From the IMG/VR virus record IMGVR_UViG_3300018405_000013: 60,668 bases of DNA; one strand, given 5' to 3'. A model generated the notes under the pieces. It was not told the origin of the DNA and did not search any database. It saw only the letters and a list, made by a program, of their open reading frames with translations. Source of the DNA: an uncultured virus (IMG/VR IMGVR_UViG_3300018405_000013) (taxonomy: Duplodnaviria > Heunggongvirae > Uroviricota > Caudoviricetes). The translations under genes were made by a program, and so were the position numbers. Of this stretch, positions 15,667-25,979 are shown piece by piece; position 1 is the stretch's first letter; each line of letters starts with the position of its first letter.

Positions 15667-16461
15667 CTATGATTTATATATACAAGCATCGCATGGAACC
15701 CCGCATATGTATTTACAAAAGAAATCGTTATAATTTTCTTCAAAGTCCGTCGTGTTATATATTTCATCGACAGTATCTTTTATATATGTTTTAGCATCTT
15801 CAAAAGCAGTTTCATCAAACAATGTCTCTGGAACATTATTGAAGTCTCTAAACAAATGGAATTTTAATTTGTATGGGTATTCACCATATTTTTCAAATAC
15901 CGGTATAGAATAAACATACATTTGTCTAAAGTATTCTTTTAATTCTTTTTTACTTTTGAATTTCTTCTTAGACTTATAATCGCTTATAATTATTCCATTT
16001 GAATCTCTTGAAATTCGGTCTACCACACCGACAAGTTTGATATCTCTATTTCTTTCTTCATCTTTAACGACAAATTCAAACTTTTCTTCTGCACCAATTA
16101 GTTCATCATTATATCCGTCAAAGTTCAATAAATATTCTTCACCAGAATTATAATAACTTGAACTTAAATCTACCCATGCGTTAGGCGGAAAATCAAGAGT
16201 TATATTTTTACTATAATTTTCTCTATAATAATCAACCAAATCCCATTCTGCTAATTCACCTTTCGAATAATTTTCCATCATGCCATGCAAAAATAATCCG
16301 TATTGCGCAAAAACACCAGGTTCACTTTTTAGTTTATCAATATATGTGCATTTAAACATATGTTTGCAGATATGAAAAGAGTTTATTCTACTATAACTCC
16401 AACTGCTAAAATTATCCAATGCTTCTTTTACTTCATTACTATTAATATCTACCATCCTCAT
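15667..16461 (-). CDS. PD-(D/E)XK exonuclease (RecB/Cas4-like)
   Basis: WSYSRI, G..LH, GVVDRI, ISDYKS, QMYVY, C-terminal Cys cluster. Confidence 0.85.
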   Translation of the reverse strand: MRMVDINSNEVKEALDNFSSWSYSRINSFHICKHMFKCTYIDKLKSEPGVFAQYGLFLHGMMENYSKGELAEWDLVDYYRENYSKNITLDFPPNAWVDLSSSYYNSGEEYLLNFDGYNDELIGAEEKFEFVVKDEERNRDIKLVGVVDRISRDSNGIIISDYKSKKKFKSKKELKEYFRQMYVYSIPVFEKYGEYPYKLKFHLFRDFNNVPETLFDETAFEDAKTYIKDTVDEIYNTTDFEENYNDFFCKYICGVPCDACIYKS

Positions 16462-16526
16462 TTCTGTAATTAGAACCCGCAGTAAAAACCACGGGTTCGT
16501 ATAAAGTTATTAACTATATTATAACA

Positions 16527-16943
16527 TTAGAATGGTAAATCACTATCCATCTCATCGTCTGATAATGATGCGAATGTAGTTGCCGGTTGTTGCTTAACTG
16601 TTGTATTAGCCGCACCTGCAATTTCGTTATTAGAAGCCATCTTTTCAAAATCGAAGATTACTACGTTATTGAAATATTTTCTAACACCGTCTGCACCAAC
16701 ATATGGCTTATTATCTACTGTTCCACTTAGAATCTTGATACGATCCTTTTCAACTAAATCGCCTGCCATAGTAAATGCCTTACCAACAAATACTGCATTT
16801 GACCAATTTGAATTTTCATATTCCTTACCATCAATCGGTTCTTTTAACTTCTTGGAAGTTGTAAGATTACACTTCATTCTTCTTTCTTCCATAACTGGTT
16901 GCCATACTGTTGCATAACTGAATCCTTCACCAATATTTAACAT
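16527..16943 (-). CDS. ssb: single-stranded DNA-binding protein
   Basis: OB-like body, acidic tail ending DLPF; position next to recombinase. Confidence 0.8.
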   Translation of the reverse strand: MLNIGEGFSYATVWQPVMEERRMKCNLTTSKKLKEPIDGKEYENSNWSNAVFVGKAFTMAGDLVEKDRIKILSGTVDNKPYVGADGVRKYFNNVVIFDFEKMASNNEIAGAANTTVKQQPATTFASLSDDEMDSDLPF

Positions 16944-16956
16944 ATGTATATACCTC

Positions 16957-17898
16957 TTACGCTTTCTTTAATCCTTCAATATAAGATACAACTTCATTTT
17001 TCAACTTAAGTGTTGCTTCTAAGTCAGTATTTTTAGCAAAATTCTTCACACCATTATTTAATTCGGAAATCTTATCGCCTAATTCTACTGCTGTGATAAC
17101 CTTGTCAACCTTAGTTGCCGTGCTACAAATTTCCTTAATTTCACCTATAACAGACTGAAGCTCTTCATTATCAATCTCTTCTTGTGATTTAATTACGATT
17201 TTTGGTGCCACAGATTCGCCATCATTAGCCCATGTATACAATAATTCACCAGTAGTTTCTGAAATTACATCAAACTTTCCATCAAACTGACTTGTATTAT
17301 CTTTCATTACCTGTGCAATATGCGTTTCTTGGTCAATCATAAATGCCAATGTTGAGTTGTATTCTAATTCTGAACCTCTTTGGTCAATTCCGCCCGCCAT
17401 TTTCTTTGGTGCAAACTTACCCTTTTCATTTGCTTCGATAACATAAGCATCCTTACCTCTAACTGTGCAGATAGTATGTATAGGTGCCTGTAAAATCTTT
17501 TCTACAAATGCATTATGTCTTGGTGTAACAGTTTTCCACTTTGTAAAATCATTTGTTCCAGGAATTTTAGAAACCAAATCCTTACAGAAATTCCACTCAT
17601 GTGTTGTTGAATCTATAATTATAACGGTGTATCCACCACTTACTGCATCATTAATTGCATTAATATACTTTTCTGGTTCGTATGGCTCTTGTAAAGTCAT
17701 TACATCAAAGTCAAAATCATTTGCATAATAATTCATACGACCATTTTCAGTATCAATTGCCGCAATTCTACCCCCACACTTTTTAACAATTCCAGTAGCC
17801 ATTCTTAATGCCGAGAATGTCTTACCACTACCTGCACTTCCTGCAAGCATTGTCTTAGTCCAAATTTTCTCTTTTTTAGCCTTTTGAAATCCTGCCAT
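16957..17898 (-). CDS. AAA_24/Sak4-like ssDNA-annealing ATPase
   Basis: GSAGSGKTFSAL, IDTENG, IIDSTTHEW. Confidence 0.82.
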   Translation of the reverse strand: MAGFQKAKKEKIWTKTMLAGSAGSGKTFSALRMATGIVKKCGGRIAAIDTENGRMNYYANDFDFDVMTLQEPYEPEKYINAINDAVSGGYTVIIIDSTTHEWNFCKDLVSKIPGTNDFTKWKTVTPRHNAFVEKILQAPIHTICTVRGKDAYVIEANEKGKFAPKKMAGGIDQRGSELEYNSTLAFMIDQETHIAQVMKDNTSQFDGKFDVISETTGELLYTWANDGESVAPKIVIKSQEEIDNEELQSVIGEIKEICSTATKVDKVITAVELGDKISELNNGVKNFAKNTDLEATLKLKNEVVSYIEGLKKA

Positions 17899-17951
17899 TT
17901 ATGTATCCTCTTTTCTTTAATTATATAAATTAAACTAAATTATGTTTGGTA

Positions 17952-18185
17952 TTAAATTAACTTTTCTACTTCTTCATACGATTTAAACTTATCATCTTTT
18001 GCTTTTTTACATTTAGAACATCTACATGGAACTATTAGTCCATTATTATATGTAGAACAAATTCTTCCAACTGTAGTTTCAAATTCTTCACCACAATCAA
18101 TGCAATTCATTTTGACAATTCTTTCAGATTTTCTATTAGTTAATTGGTTAAGTATATTTCTTTCTGCTTCTGATAATTTTTCCAT
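17952..18185 (-). CDS. zinc-ribbon protein
   Basis: CIDCGEEF...PCRCSKC. Confidence 0.7.
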   Translation of the reverse strand: MEKLSEAERNILNQLTNRKSERIVKMNCIDCGEEFETTVGRICSTYNNGLIVPCRCSKCKKAKDDKFKSYEEVEKLI

Positions 18186-18254
18186 AACTTTTGCCCTTCT
18201 TTCTTGTAATTGTGCAATGCCACAATTACGTGGCATTGCATTGATATGATTTAA

Positions 18255-18554
18255 CTACTTTGTTGTTCCGTCCTTAATCTTCTTAGATAGCTTGAATATT
18301 ACCTTAGTTCCGGCATCCTTTGCAGGAATAACTACTTCCTTACCTGTTAAACCAGAAGTCATTGTTCTTGCTGCCTTTGCCTTAGTTTCTACTACCTTAA
18401 ACTTACCAAGATCACCTAGGCTTACATCATCTTTGGATTCTACTACTGCTGTTTCTACTGCTCCTAAGAAAGCATCAATAACTGCTGCGCAATCCTTCTG
18501 TGTAATACCTATAGCTGTAGCTGTAGTTGCGATTAAATCCTTTTTAGTTACCAT
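18255..18554 (-). CDS. hup: HU-family DNA-binding protein
   Basis: TKKDLI..., LGKFKV...AR....TG..V.IPA...VIFKLSK. Confidence 0.88.
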   Translation of the reverse strand: MVTKKDLIATTATAIGITQKDCAAVIDAFLGAVETAVVESKDDVSLGDLGKFKVVETKAKAARTMTSGLTGKEVVIPAKDAGTKVIFKLSKKIKDGTTK

Positions 18555-18640
18555 AATTTTTTGTTCTCCTTTAATTCTTATAATTTTTTAAATTTATAAT
18601 TAACAGCCATATTGCCGTTAACAGCTTTAACAGTGATATT

Positions 18641-18764
18641 ATTATATTACATATTTACTAGATTGTCAAGTATTTTTCAAAAATAATTTTAATTTATTTT
18701 TACTTAAAAACAATCAATTGTCAACTTGTATTACTATTATATCACAAGTTTAGATACTTGTCAA
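18641..18764 (-). promoter_or_regulatory. tandem sigma-A promoters upstream of HU/replication operon
   Basis: TTGACA-17-TATAAT at 18669-18641 and 18764-18736. Confidence 0.75.
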
Positions 18765-18794
18765 GTTTTTTATAAATATTTTTTATAAAATATT

Positions 18795-19211
18795 TTACCA
18801 ATTAGGTATAACAAACTTATTTAATGAGACAAGTGTGGTATTAAATATTTTATCCAATTCGAGAATATCTTCAAACCCACACCATCTAATCTCAGAAATT
18901 TCCTCTAATTGCGGTGTGATTTCGCCCTCGAATACATCTGTGCTAAATATATCTGATATTACATTTATAGTCTCGCCATGTGACACTATTTTGGCATATA
19001 TTGTTCCATTAAATATAATATCATTCTTTGATATTTTCACACCAAATTCTTCTTCTGATTCACGAATTGCCGTCTCTACTGGTGTTTCACCTAGTTCTTT
19101 CTTACCACCACATAAACACCATCCCTGTCCATCAGTCCTATTGCCTAATAATATTTTGCTTCTATTTTCATTATAGACAATTACACCTGCGCCGCCAGTA
19201 TATAATTTCAT
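18795..19211 (-). CDS. NUDIX hydrolase
   Basis: GGKKELGETPVETAIRESEEEFG Nudix box. Confidence 0.9.
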   Translation of the reverse strand: MKLYTGGAGVIVYNENRSKILLGNRTDGQGWCLCGGKKELGETPVETAIRESEEEFGVKISKNDIIFNGTIYAKIVSHGETINVISDIFSTDVFEGEITPQLEEISEIRWCGFEDILELDKIFNTTLVSLNKFVIPNW

Positions 19212-19231
19212 ACAATAGCCAACCTTTCTAT

Positions 19232-19471
19232 TTAAGGTAATTTAACCTGTGCTTGCTTAAGTTCTGCAAGGTCTTTAGCCTTTTTCCATATTACATATCG
19301 AGAACCATATGGAATATTAAGTTTTTCACATCTTTCTTCCGCTTTTTTACAATCTTCCGCCGCTTTTTCTACGGATTTATAGAAAGGGCATCCCTTTTCT
19401 TTATTACACTTTTCAGTATATAAAACTTCACATCTTCCAAGCACCATGCTTTCGCCAAAACATCTATTCAT
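19232..19471 (-). CDS. Cys-rich hypothetical protein
   Basis: ORF; C...CEVL...C....CPFYK; promoter at 19542-19570. Confidence 0.65.
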   Translation of the reverse strand: MNRCFGESMVLGRCEVLYTEKCNKEKGCPFYKSVEKAAEDCKKAEERCEKLNIPYGSRYVIWKKAKDLAELKQAQVKLP

Positions 19472-19576
19472 ATATCACTATTTCACTTTCATATATTTAT
19501 TTTTTTGCATTAACATATTTATTAACGTGTATGTATAACATAGTATACCACAATATTTTCAATTTGTCAAGTATAG

Positions 19577-19777
19577 CTATATTAAATTTTTAAGTCCACA
19601 CTGTTTTGTTATTTTTGTTGCTATTTTAAAATTTAAATTAACTAAAGGAACTGATACGCTTTGTTTTCCATTGCTATAAATAGAGTGACTTCCTTTAGTA
19701 TCTCTTACTTTTTCATATCCGGCTTCTTTTAATGCCTTTATTAATCTTCTGCTATCAATATCTTTCAAAATTATCAC
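19577..19777 (-). CDS. hicA: HicA-family (dsRBD-fold) mRNase-like protein
   Basis: LIKALKEAGYEKVR.TKGSH.IY...VSVP; RBS AAGGAGG. Confidence 0.8.
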   Translation of the reverse strand: MIILKDIDSRRLIKALKEAGYEKVRDTKGSHSIYSNGKQSVSVPLVNLNFKIATKITKQCGLKNLI

Positions 19778-19789
19778 ACCTCCTTTAAA

Positions 19790-21007
19790 TTATTTTACAA
19801 CTCTAACCTTATCGCCATGTAATGAATATGTGTATAATTGCTGATTAACACAATATTTTTCAACAAAATCTTGGAAATCTTCCAAACTTATATCTTTCAA
19901 TTGTGATATTCTTTCATCTGTTGACAATGGCATACTATGCTCATATCTGTTTATTAAAGCATCAACAAATTTTGAATTATCTTCATCTATTTTACATAAT
20001 GAAGAAAAATTTACTTTTTTTGCACGCTCAAATTCTTCATTTGTAACTTTATTCATCGCGTTAATTTCCATGTTACAATTATATAATATTTCTTCTAGTT
20101 TGTCAAGTTCATTAAAACTAATACCAATTCCAATATAGTCTTTTTCACCAATATCATATGAATATGAAAATATCTGATAACATAATTTCTTATCTTCTCG
20201 AATATTTTTGTATAATCTTGAGGTCATACCGCCACCCAATATTTGAGTATATAATTCGGTTAAATCATCAAACCCTTTAGGGATTAAAAATCCGGTTAAA
20301 AGCTTAACTTGGTCTAAACTATCAGATACTTCATTGACATTAGTTGTAATATCTTTTATAATATACTTATTTTCATTTTTTACACCTTCAATGCCATATT
20401 CAACAAATACAGAGTACAACATACCAATAATGGTATCATAATCTATTGGTGTTACAATTGAAATAATCAAATTGTTAAAATTATAGTATTTTTTATGAAA
20501 ATCAAGAAAGTCATCATATTTCATACTGGTAACAGAACCTACCGTGCCAACTATTGCCGAACTTCCGAAGCATTTTGAAAAATATGAATCAAATGAATGA
20601 TTCCAAACATCATCATTTCTATCATATAACTCTTGTATAACTATTTTCTTTTCAGTATCAAAATCTTCTTCATTTAGGAGTGGATTAAAACACATATCTG
20701 ACAATACTTGAAATAATTTAACTGTATCATCCTGTGTTACATTGCCATAATAGCGAGTATAATGTTCAGATGTGCAAGCATTGATATCCCCACCACATTC
20801 TTCAATAATTTCTTCTATCTTACCTTTTGGATATTTTTTAGTTCCATTAAACATCATATGTTCTAATAAATGAGCACATCCATATATATTTTCAGTTTCA
20901 TCATTCGAACCAACTAAAAAATGATACTTTGCGTAGGTAAAATAACTTTGTTTTTGTGAATATAACACCGTGGCACCATTTTTTAACTTGATTTTTCTTA
21001 CATCCAT
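19790..21007 (-). CDS. M16 (pitrilysin/insulinase) zinc peptidase
   Basis: AHLLEHMMFNGT (HxxEH), NACT, EKKIVIQE, LGGGMTSRLY..IRE...LCY. Confidence 0.9.
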   Translation of the reverse strand: MDVRKIKLKNGATVLYSQKQSYFTYAKYHFLVGSNDETENIYGCAHLLEHMMFNGTKKYPKGKIEEIIEECGGDINACTSEHYTRYYGNVTQDDTVKLFQVLSDMCFNPLLNEEDFDTEKKIVIQELYDRNDDVWNHSFDSYFSKCFGSSAIVGTVGSVTSMKYDDFLDFHKKYYNFNNLIISIVTPIDYDTIIGMLYSVFVEYGIEGVKNENKYIIKDITTNVNEVSDSLDQVKLLTGFLIPKGFDDLTELYTQILGGGMTSRLYKNIREDKKLCYQIFSYSYDIGEKDYIGIGISFNELDKLEEILYNCNMEINAMNKVTNEEFERAKKVNFSSLCKIDEDNSKFVDALINRYEHSMPLSTDERISQLKDISLEDFQDFVEKYCVNQQLYTYSLHGDKVRVVK

Positions 21008-21008
21008 T

Positions 21009-21473
21009 TTAATACTCCTTTATGTATATAACACATTTAATATAAGAATCTTTAAAATACTTTTCTATCATTCCTCTAACTACAACCCAGCTTCCGCCAC
21101 CTCGATTACATCCAATTTTATATGGAATTGCTAAACTATAGTTATGCACTTCACAATAATCATACAACTTTTTAAGGCACATGTCAAGTGCATCATAATC
21201 TGTATATTGTTTCTTATCTCTTCCATAATCATCTTGGGCAAAAAGATTAACGATAATAACATCGTCACATTCTATTGGTTGGATTTTTCCAAGAAGTTTG
21301 TTGCCAAGAAGGTCGCAATATTTTTTATATGAGGCAAACACATTTGGATATCTTATTCTTACGGAATATGCAATTCCCGAACCCATTTTTGATTTACAGT
21401 TTGTTTGATGGGCAATACAATCACAATTTGTATTAAATATATCATCTTTAATATATTCAATCATAATTGACAC
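21009..21473 (-). CDS. macro domain protein (Poa1p/TARG1/DarG-like)
   Basis: IAHQTNC..MGSGIA, NLFAQ, PYKIGC.RGGGSW. Confidence 0.85.
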   Translation of the reverse strand: MSIMIEYIKDDIFNTNCDCIAHQTNCKSKMGSGIAYSVRIRYPNVFASYKKYCDLLGNKLLGKIQPIECDDVIIVNLFAQDDYGRDKKQYTDYDALDMCLKKLYDYCEVHNYSLAIPYKIGCNRGGGSWVVVRGMIEKYFKDSYIKCVIYIKEY

Positions 21474-21676
21474 CTTGTATCATGATATAATACTCCGGCT
21501 TCATTATAAAATAATGCATTTCTTGGATAATCACCACTGAATTCTGTAATCATGCCTTTTTTATCTGCTATAAATTTAATTCCAATTCTTTCAATAATTA
21601 CATATTCTGCTATATCTTTATTAAGAAGGTCATTTATTTTTGATTTAATTCTATCAATTTCATATGTCGAAAACAT
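21461..21676 (-). CDS. hypothetical protein
   Basis: ORF with RBS GAGG. Confidence 0.55.
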   Translation of the reverse strand: MFSTYEIDRIKSKINDLLNKDIAEYVIIERIGIKFIADKKGMITEFSGDYPRNALFYNEAGVLYHDTRCQL

Positions 21677-21678
21677 AA

Positions 21679-22182
21679 TTATACCTCTTTATTTTTTTCA
21701 TAATCAGATTTAAATATTTCATACATTTTTAAATCATAATACTTTCCATCAATTAACCTACAATGTTCTTTCTTAATTCCGACTACACATCCACCATATT
21801 TGGAAATTATCTTGTCGTATGATTTTTCTATTGGATTGCCAACAATTACCGAAAAATTCATTTTTCTAAAGTTAAATTTTTCAAAAATATCTGTCAATGC
21901 AGTAATTAAATCACGTCCAAATGTGATTTTATTGTCCGTAAAATTAATTATACTTAACCCGCCAACAGCATCGGATGTTCTATTTATATCATATCCAATA
22001 TATCCTATTATGTTTCCCTCGGAATCTTTTGATACAAATTCAATGGCATTCCATGTCGTTGTTTGCTTCTTGTATAGGTCATAGTATGTGTTGCTATTAT
22101 AAAACATGTATTTTTCATTATGCCACGTATTCATAAATAATTCTTGCAATTCTTGTTCATATCTATTTGCAACTTCAAGCAT
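21679..22182 (-). CDS. GNAT acetyltransferase (RimJ/RimL-like)
   Basis: IIGYI, FEKFNFRK, GNP....Y, G..K......DGKYYD..MYEI. Confidence 0.75.
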   Translation of the reverse strand: MLEVANRYEQELQELFMNTWHNEKYMFYNSNTYYDLYKKQTTTWNAIEFVSKDSEGNIIGYIGYDINRTSDAVGGLSIINFTDNKITFGRDLITALTDIFEKFNFRKMNFSVIVGNPIEKSYDKIISKYGGCVVGIKKEHCRLIDGKYYDLKMYEIFKSDYEKNKEV

Positions 22183-22714
22183 TTTTTATTTCAATCCTTT
22201 CTAATATTAGATTTTTTATGTATTCACATCCATCTAAATCACCAGTTGCCGTATAATATTTAACACCGTTATTATCCATGAATGATTTTATAAAACCATC
22301 ATATTGTCTAGCCTCTTCTAAGGAGTTCTCATTTCTTCCATTTGGATTGAATGGTTTTACTCTTTCTAAAAACACGTTTATATTGTCAAATTGGTTAAAT
22401 TTCTTTAAAATATATCGTCTAAAATCTTCATCTTGTTCTGGATCGTATATTGCATCCAACAATATTGGTCTATCTGTGATAATAACGTCTACATTTTCTG
22501 CAACTCTGAATAATTTATATAATTGCTTTCCAAATATATATGGTTGACATTCAAATATTTTTGTTCTGCCCTCCCAAATCATATCTTTCACATATTCGGT
22601 AACAAGTTCTGTTTCGACATTTAAGTCTTTTAACATCGAGAACAGTCTGGCGGCATTTGTGCTTTTACCTGCACCACTACCGGCTATTAAATTTACAACT
22701 ATTGCTCTATAAAT
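22175..22714 (-). CDS. P-loop kinase (AAA_28/NadR/dNMP-kinase-like), probable ATT start
   Basis: VVNLIAGSGAGKST Walker A lies upstream of the ORF-track ATG; EY.K, ITDRP. Confidence 0.8.
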   Translation of the reverse strand: MYRAIVVNLIAGSGAGKSTNAARLFSMLKDLNVETELVTEYVKDMIWEGRTKIFECQPYIFGKQLYKLFRVAENVDVIITDRPILLDAIYDPEQDEDFRRYILKKFNQFDNINVFLERVKPFNPNGRNENSLEEARQYDGFIKSFMDNNGVKYYTATGDLDGCEYIKNLILERIEIKNA

Positions 22715-22731
22715 ATAGCATCACTCCTTAT

Positions 22732-23445
22732 TTAATTTAAAACAGTTGAAATATAATTTACACCCTTATCATATAATTCTTCATCCAATTCAATAGCTAT
22801 GCAACTTCTATTGTTTTTTTCAGACGCACATAATACACTTCCAACACCAGAAAACATATCCAATATTGTTTCACCTTCATTGGTTGATTTTAATATTAAA
22901 AATTCAAGTAATTCAAGCGGTTTTTGATGTGCATGTATTAATCTTGAAGCTGGAATTTTTGAATATGTAAGAATATCATCATGTCTTTGCTTGCCATCTA
23001 CTACATTTAACTGCCTTCGTCCCTTCATTCCATAGACTATACATTCATATCTATTTCCGTATGCACCAGTTAAATCACCACTACCATGATTTCCCTTATC
23101 CCATATTATAACATTTTTTATATTATAATAAGCTTTTAAAATTGGTAATTGCTCATCTAACTTATCCCACCTCGTGAACCAATACATGTGTGTGTTATCT
23201 TCTAAGCAATTGTATGATAATTCTATTGACTGTGTTAACAAATCAATATTATCCTTGTCGTTTCTTATGCCTTTTTTTGTAAGCGTATCTGATTTATCCA
23301 GTCGTCTATTAGAATGGTGGTCAATTCCATATGGCGGGTCTACAAGTATACAATTAACTTTTTTGCCATCTTTTATCATATCATTCATTACAGACAAACA
23401 ATCATCATTAATATATACGCTATCATTAATGTTAAAATGTTTCAA
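22732..23445 (-). CDS. DNA N6-adenine/N4-cytosine methyltransferase (beta class)
   Basis: DPPY ... HAHQKP ... LDMFSGVGS. Confidence 0.9.
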   Translation of the reverse strand: MKHFNINDSVYINDDCLSVMNDMIKDGKKVNCILVDPPYGIDHHSNRRLDKSDTLTKKGIRNDKDNIDLLTQSIELSYNCLEDNTHMYWFTRWDKLDEQLPILKAYYNIKNVIIWDKGNHGSGDLTGAYGNRYECIVYGMKGRRQLNVVDGKQRHDDILTYSKIPASRLIHAHQKPLELLEFLILKSTNEGETILDMFSGVGSVLCASEKNNRSCIAIELDEELYDKGVNYISTVLN

Positions 23446-23528
23446 TAATATTTATCCTTTCATACAAGTTCTTGATTTAACGATTAATTATATTATATCA
23501 TAAAAATATGTAGCTGTCAAGTCCATAG

Positions 23529-24272
23529 CTATTTTGCGGACTTGTCAATATATTCAAATATCCATCCCTTGTGTGATTTTCTATCACCATTAAGACATCT
23601 TATAACACACGAATATACTAAATTATGTTCCTTTGAAAATTTATTGGCACCTTTGGTTATAATGGTTATTTTTGTATATACATTATACGCCTTAAAACTT
23701 TTCAACTTATCAAACTGTTTATTATTACTTAATTCTACATTTTTATTTTTTGTTATCCAAATACAGTTCGCAACATTATATTGTTCACCTAATTTTAAAT
23801 CTTTATCTAATTCAAGCAATCCTTGTAATATTAATTTTTCATCATATCCATCTATCATAACTACATCTATTATATAATTTTCAAAACATAACCATCTATC
23901 ACATACGGTTATGCCTTTGCCACCATAATTCTTATAATCTTTACAATCATATTTATAACATCTATATATCATACTTAACCATCTTGAATACAAACAATTG
24001 TTGCGGCGTGCATTGCCTATACATGCAATACCTAATATATTAGGAAAATATGGGTCTTTAATATTGCAATTAATTATTTCATTTTTATTAGCCAGAAAAG
24101 TATAATTACTGATAACAAAACTACACTCATATAATTTTGCTCTACCACATAATTTATCAGTTATGCCATTAACAATAAATTCACCATATTTTCCTAAAAA
24201 TTTCTTTCCAACAATATCGTCATTATTTTCTATTATAGAATAATCTTTAAACTTAATATATTTTCTCCTCAT
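23529..24272 (-). CDS. HNH-type homing endonuclease-like protein
   Basis: YSRWLSMIYRCY..YGGKGITVCDRWLCFENY, LDKD; C-terminal CLNG.RKSHKGW. Confidence 0.8.
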   Translation of the reverse strand: MRRKYIKFKDYSIIENNDDIVGKKFLGKYGEFIVNGITDKLCGRAKLYECSFVISNYTFLANKNEIINCNIKDPYFPNILGIACIGNARRNNCLYSRWLSMIYRCYKYDCKDYKNYGGKGITVCDRWLCFENYIIDVVMIDGYDEKLILQGLLELDKDLKLGEQYNVANCIWITKNKNVELSNNKQFDKLKSFKAYNVYTKITIITKGANKFSKEHNLVYSCVIRCLNGDRKSHKGWIFEYIDKSAK

Positions 24273-24283
24273 ATACCCACCTA

Positions 24284-25183
24284 TTACTTAGCTGAAATAT
24301 CTGCATTATGCAATAATTTTAAATTATCATATGTCTCTACTCCAACTAATTTTTTAAATTTATCTATTGATTTATTAGTATTTATATTATATAATTGCAT
24401 ATGCCATGTGATATATTTGCATATTTCAAGTATATCTTCGTCAGAATATTCTAACGATTTTAAATAAAACATTGCGTCATAAGCACCGACTAAGTGATGT
24501 TGATTGTATGTGCAATATCCTTTTTCTTGATTGAATTGTTTTGTGAAAGGTTTCCCAATATCGTGCATTTGTGCTGCCGTATATAATCTTTCATAAAATT
24601 CATCATTATTTGTCATAATTTCTAAATTTGTAGCACATGTATCAAGATGCCTACCGATTGTTAGTGTGTGATGTGGGTTATTTTGGTCTATTTCATCTAA
24701 TTCTGCTAAACGAGATATTATATTGAAATCTTTTTTATTAAACCGCCAAACTATGTCTATTTTGTCAAATCCTTCATATAACTGCGGTAAAAAAATATTG
24801 CTATACATCCTTTTAATTACATCTACACCGACGGTTCTTTCACGCTTACTGTCTGCAACAATGCAATCTTTATACGGTGTGGCAAAAACTAATGCTTTCT
24901 TTTCATGTTTATATTTTTCTATTGTTCTTAAAAAAGACGCCCTTTTTCTATGTGATATATTTGTTGCATCATATATAACATCATAGCCTAAATGCAAATC
25001 ATCTTGAATTCTCTTGTGCAATTCAGCAAATAAAATTTGATTTTTATCTACCACATTTACACTTCCAAACATCTCTTTTCTTAGTTCATCAGATGAATGA
25101 ACTTTAAAATTAGAAAAGTTTTCTTTTATAAATGTTGATTTTCCGCTTCCCGGCAAGCCTACGGTCATCACAAATTCACTCAT
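24284..25183 (-). CDS. polynucleotide kinase (AAA_33) fused to HD phosphoesterase
   Basis: GLPGSGKST, SSDELR, YDATN; HH..T...H, MHDIGKP, HH, WHM, AD. Confidence 0.88.
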   Translation of the reverse strand: MSEFVMTVGLPGSGKSTFIKENFSNFKVHSSDELRKEMFGSVNVVDKNQILFAELHKRIQDDLHLGYDVIYDATNISHRKRASFLRTIEKYKHEKKALVFATPYKDCIVADSKRERTVGVDVIKRMYSNIFLPQLYEGFDKIDIVWRFNKKDFNIISRLAELDEIDQNNPHHTLTIGRHLDTCATNLEIMTNNDEFYERLYTAAQMHDIGKPFTKQFNQEKGYCTYNQHHLVGAYDAMFYLKSLEYSDEDILEICKYITWHMQLYNINTNKSIDKFKKLVGVETYDNLKLLHNADISAK

Positions 25184-25184
25184 A

Positions 25185-25979
25185 TTATACTCCTAACTCT
25201 AATTTGAAGTTTTTTGACATGCAGTTATATAAAACATCATTTAAAACATTTTCTACGTTCTTATTTATACAAACTTCATTGTCGTTCATATATTTTGACT
25301 TAACTTCTCCGCTTTTCTTTAAAATCTTATTAGCTATTTCTCTGGCTTCATCTAAATTATGACGACCTTTTTTAACGTCTATTAAATATTCTGTATTTTT
25401 AGATATCAAACATTCACTGTATGGTTCTCCAGAAATATACCTCTCAATAAATTCTTCTAATCTAATTAGGTGATGCAATTGTTTTGGATCGTAGCCGAAC
25501 TTTTCTATTTTATCCATTGTTGCTGGATATGGATGTTCAAGTGCTTTGTGCTTTTCCATAATCATACCACACATACAATTCAAGGAAGCATAATTATTAT
25601 ACCTTGCCACATATTCACGTATATCAATTAGTGGTTTAAATATTTTTTCATATGCTGGATTAAATACTATATATTCTGTAAATAATATTTCTATGAAATT
25701 GATATTTTGCTTCTTAAAGCAATCAAACATCAATCTAATATCTTTTAAATCTATATGTTCATTATTTTCAAGAACATGTGTTGTGCTGATTGGTTTACTA
25801 TTTAATAAAAAGTCTTTAAATTTAGGCAAAATAATAGCTTTACAATCAATATCACTATCTTCATAATCCAAATTGTAGTTCTGAGAACCCTGTAAAAATA
25901 CACCAATTGTTTCATATTCCATATCTTTAACAGTATTATAATTTTCTTCTAATCTATTCATTATTTTCTTTTTATCCAT
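25185..25979 (-). CDS. Pol-beta-superfamily nucleotidyltransferase (RNA-ligase-associated type)
   Basis: LQGSQNYNLDYEDSDIDCK; NINFIEILF; GYDPKQLHHLIRL. Confidence 0.8.
   Translation of the reverse strand: MDKKKIMNRLEENYNTVKDMEYETIGVFLQGSQNYNLDYEDSDIDCKAIILPKFKDFLLNSKPISTTHVLENNEHIDLKDIRLMFDCFKKQNINFIEILFTEYIVFNPAYEKIFKPLIDIREYVARYNNYASLNCMCGMIMEKHKALEHPYPATMDKIEKFGYDPKQLHHLIRLEEFIERYISGEPYSECLISKNTEYLIDVKKGRHNLDEAREIANKILKKSGEVKSKYMNDNEVCINKNVENVLNDVLYNCMSKNFKLELGV

Noticed and set aside
15667..16461. Cas4 of a CRISPR system
   Set aside because: Sits in the Sak4-SSB-helicase-primase recombination/replication module; no array or other cas genes.
23529..24272. Intron-encoded endonuclease splitting a gene
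   Set aside because: Flanking Pnk-HD and methyltransferase genes look complete; endonuclease appears free-standing (same for 7590..8126).
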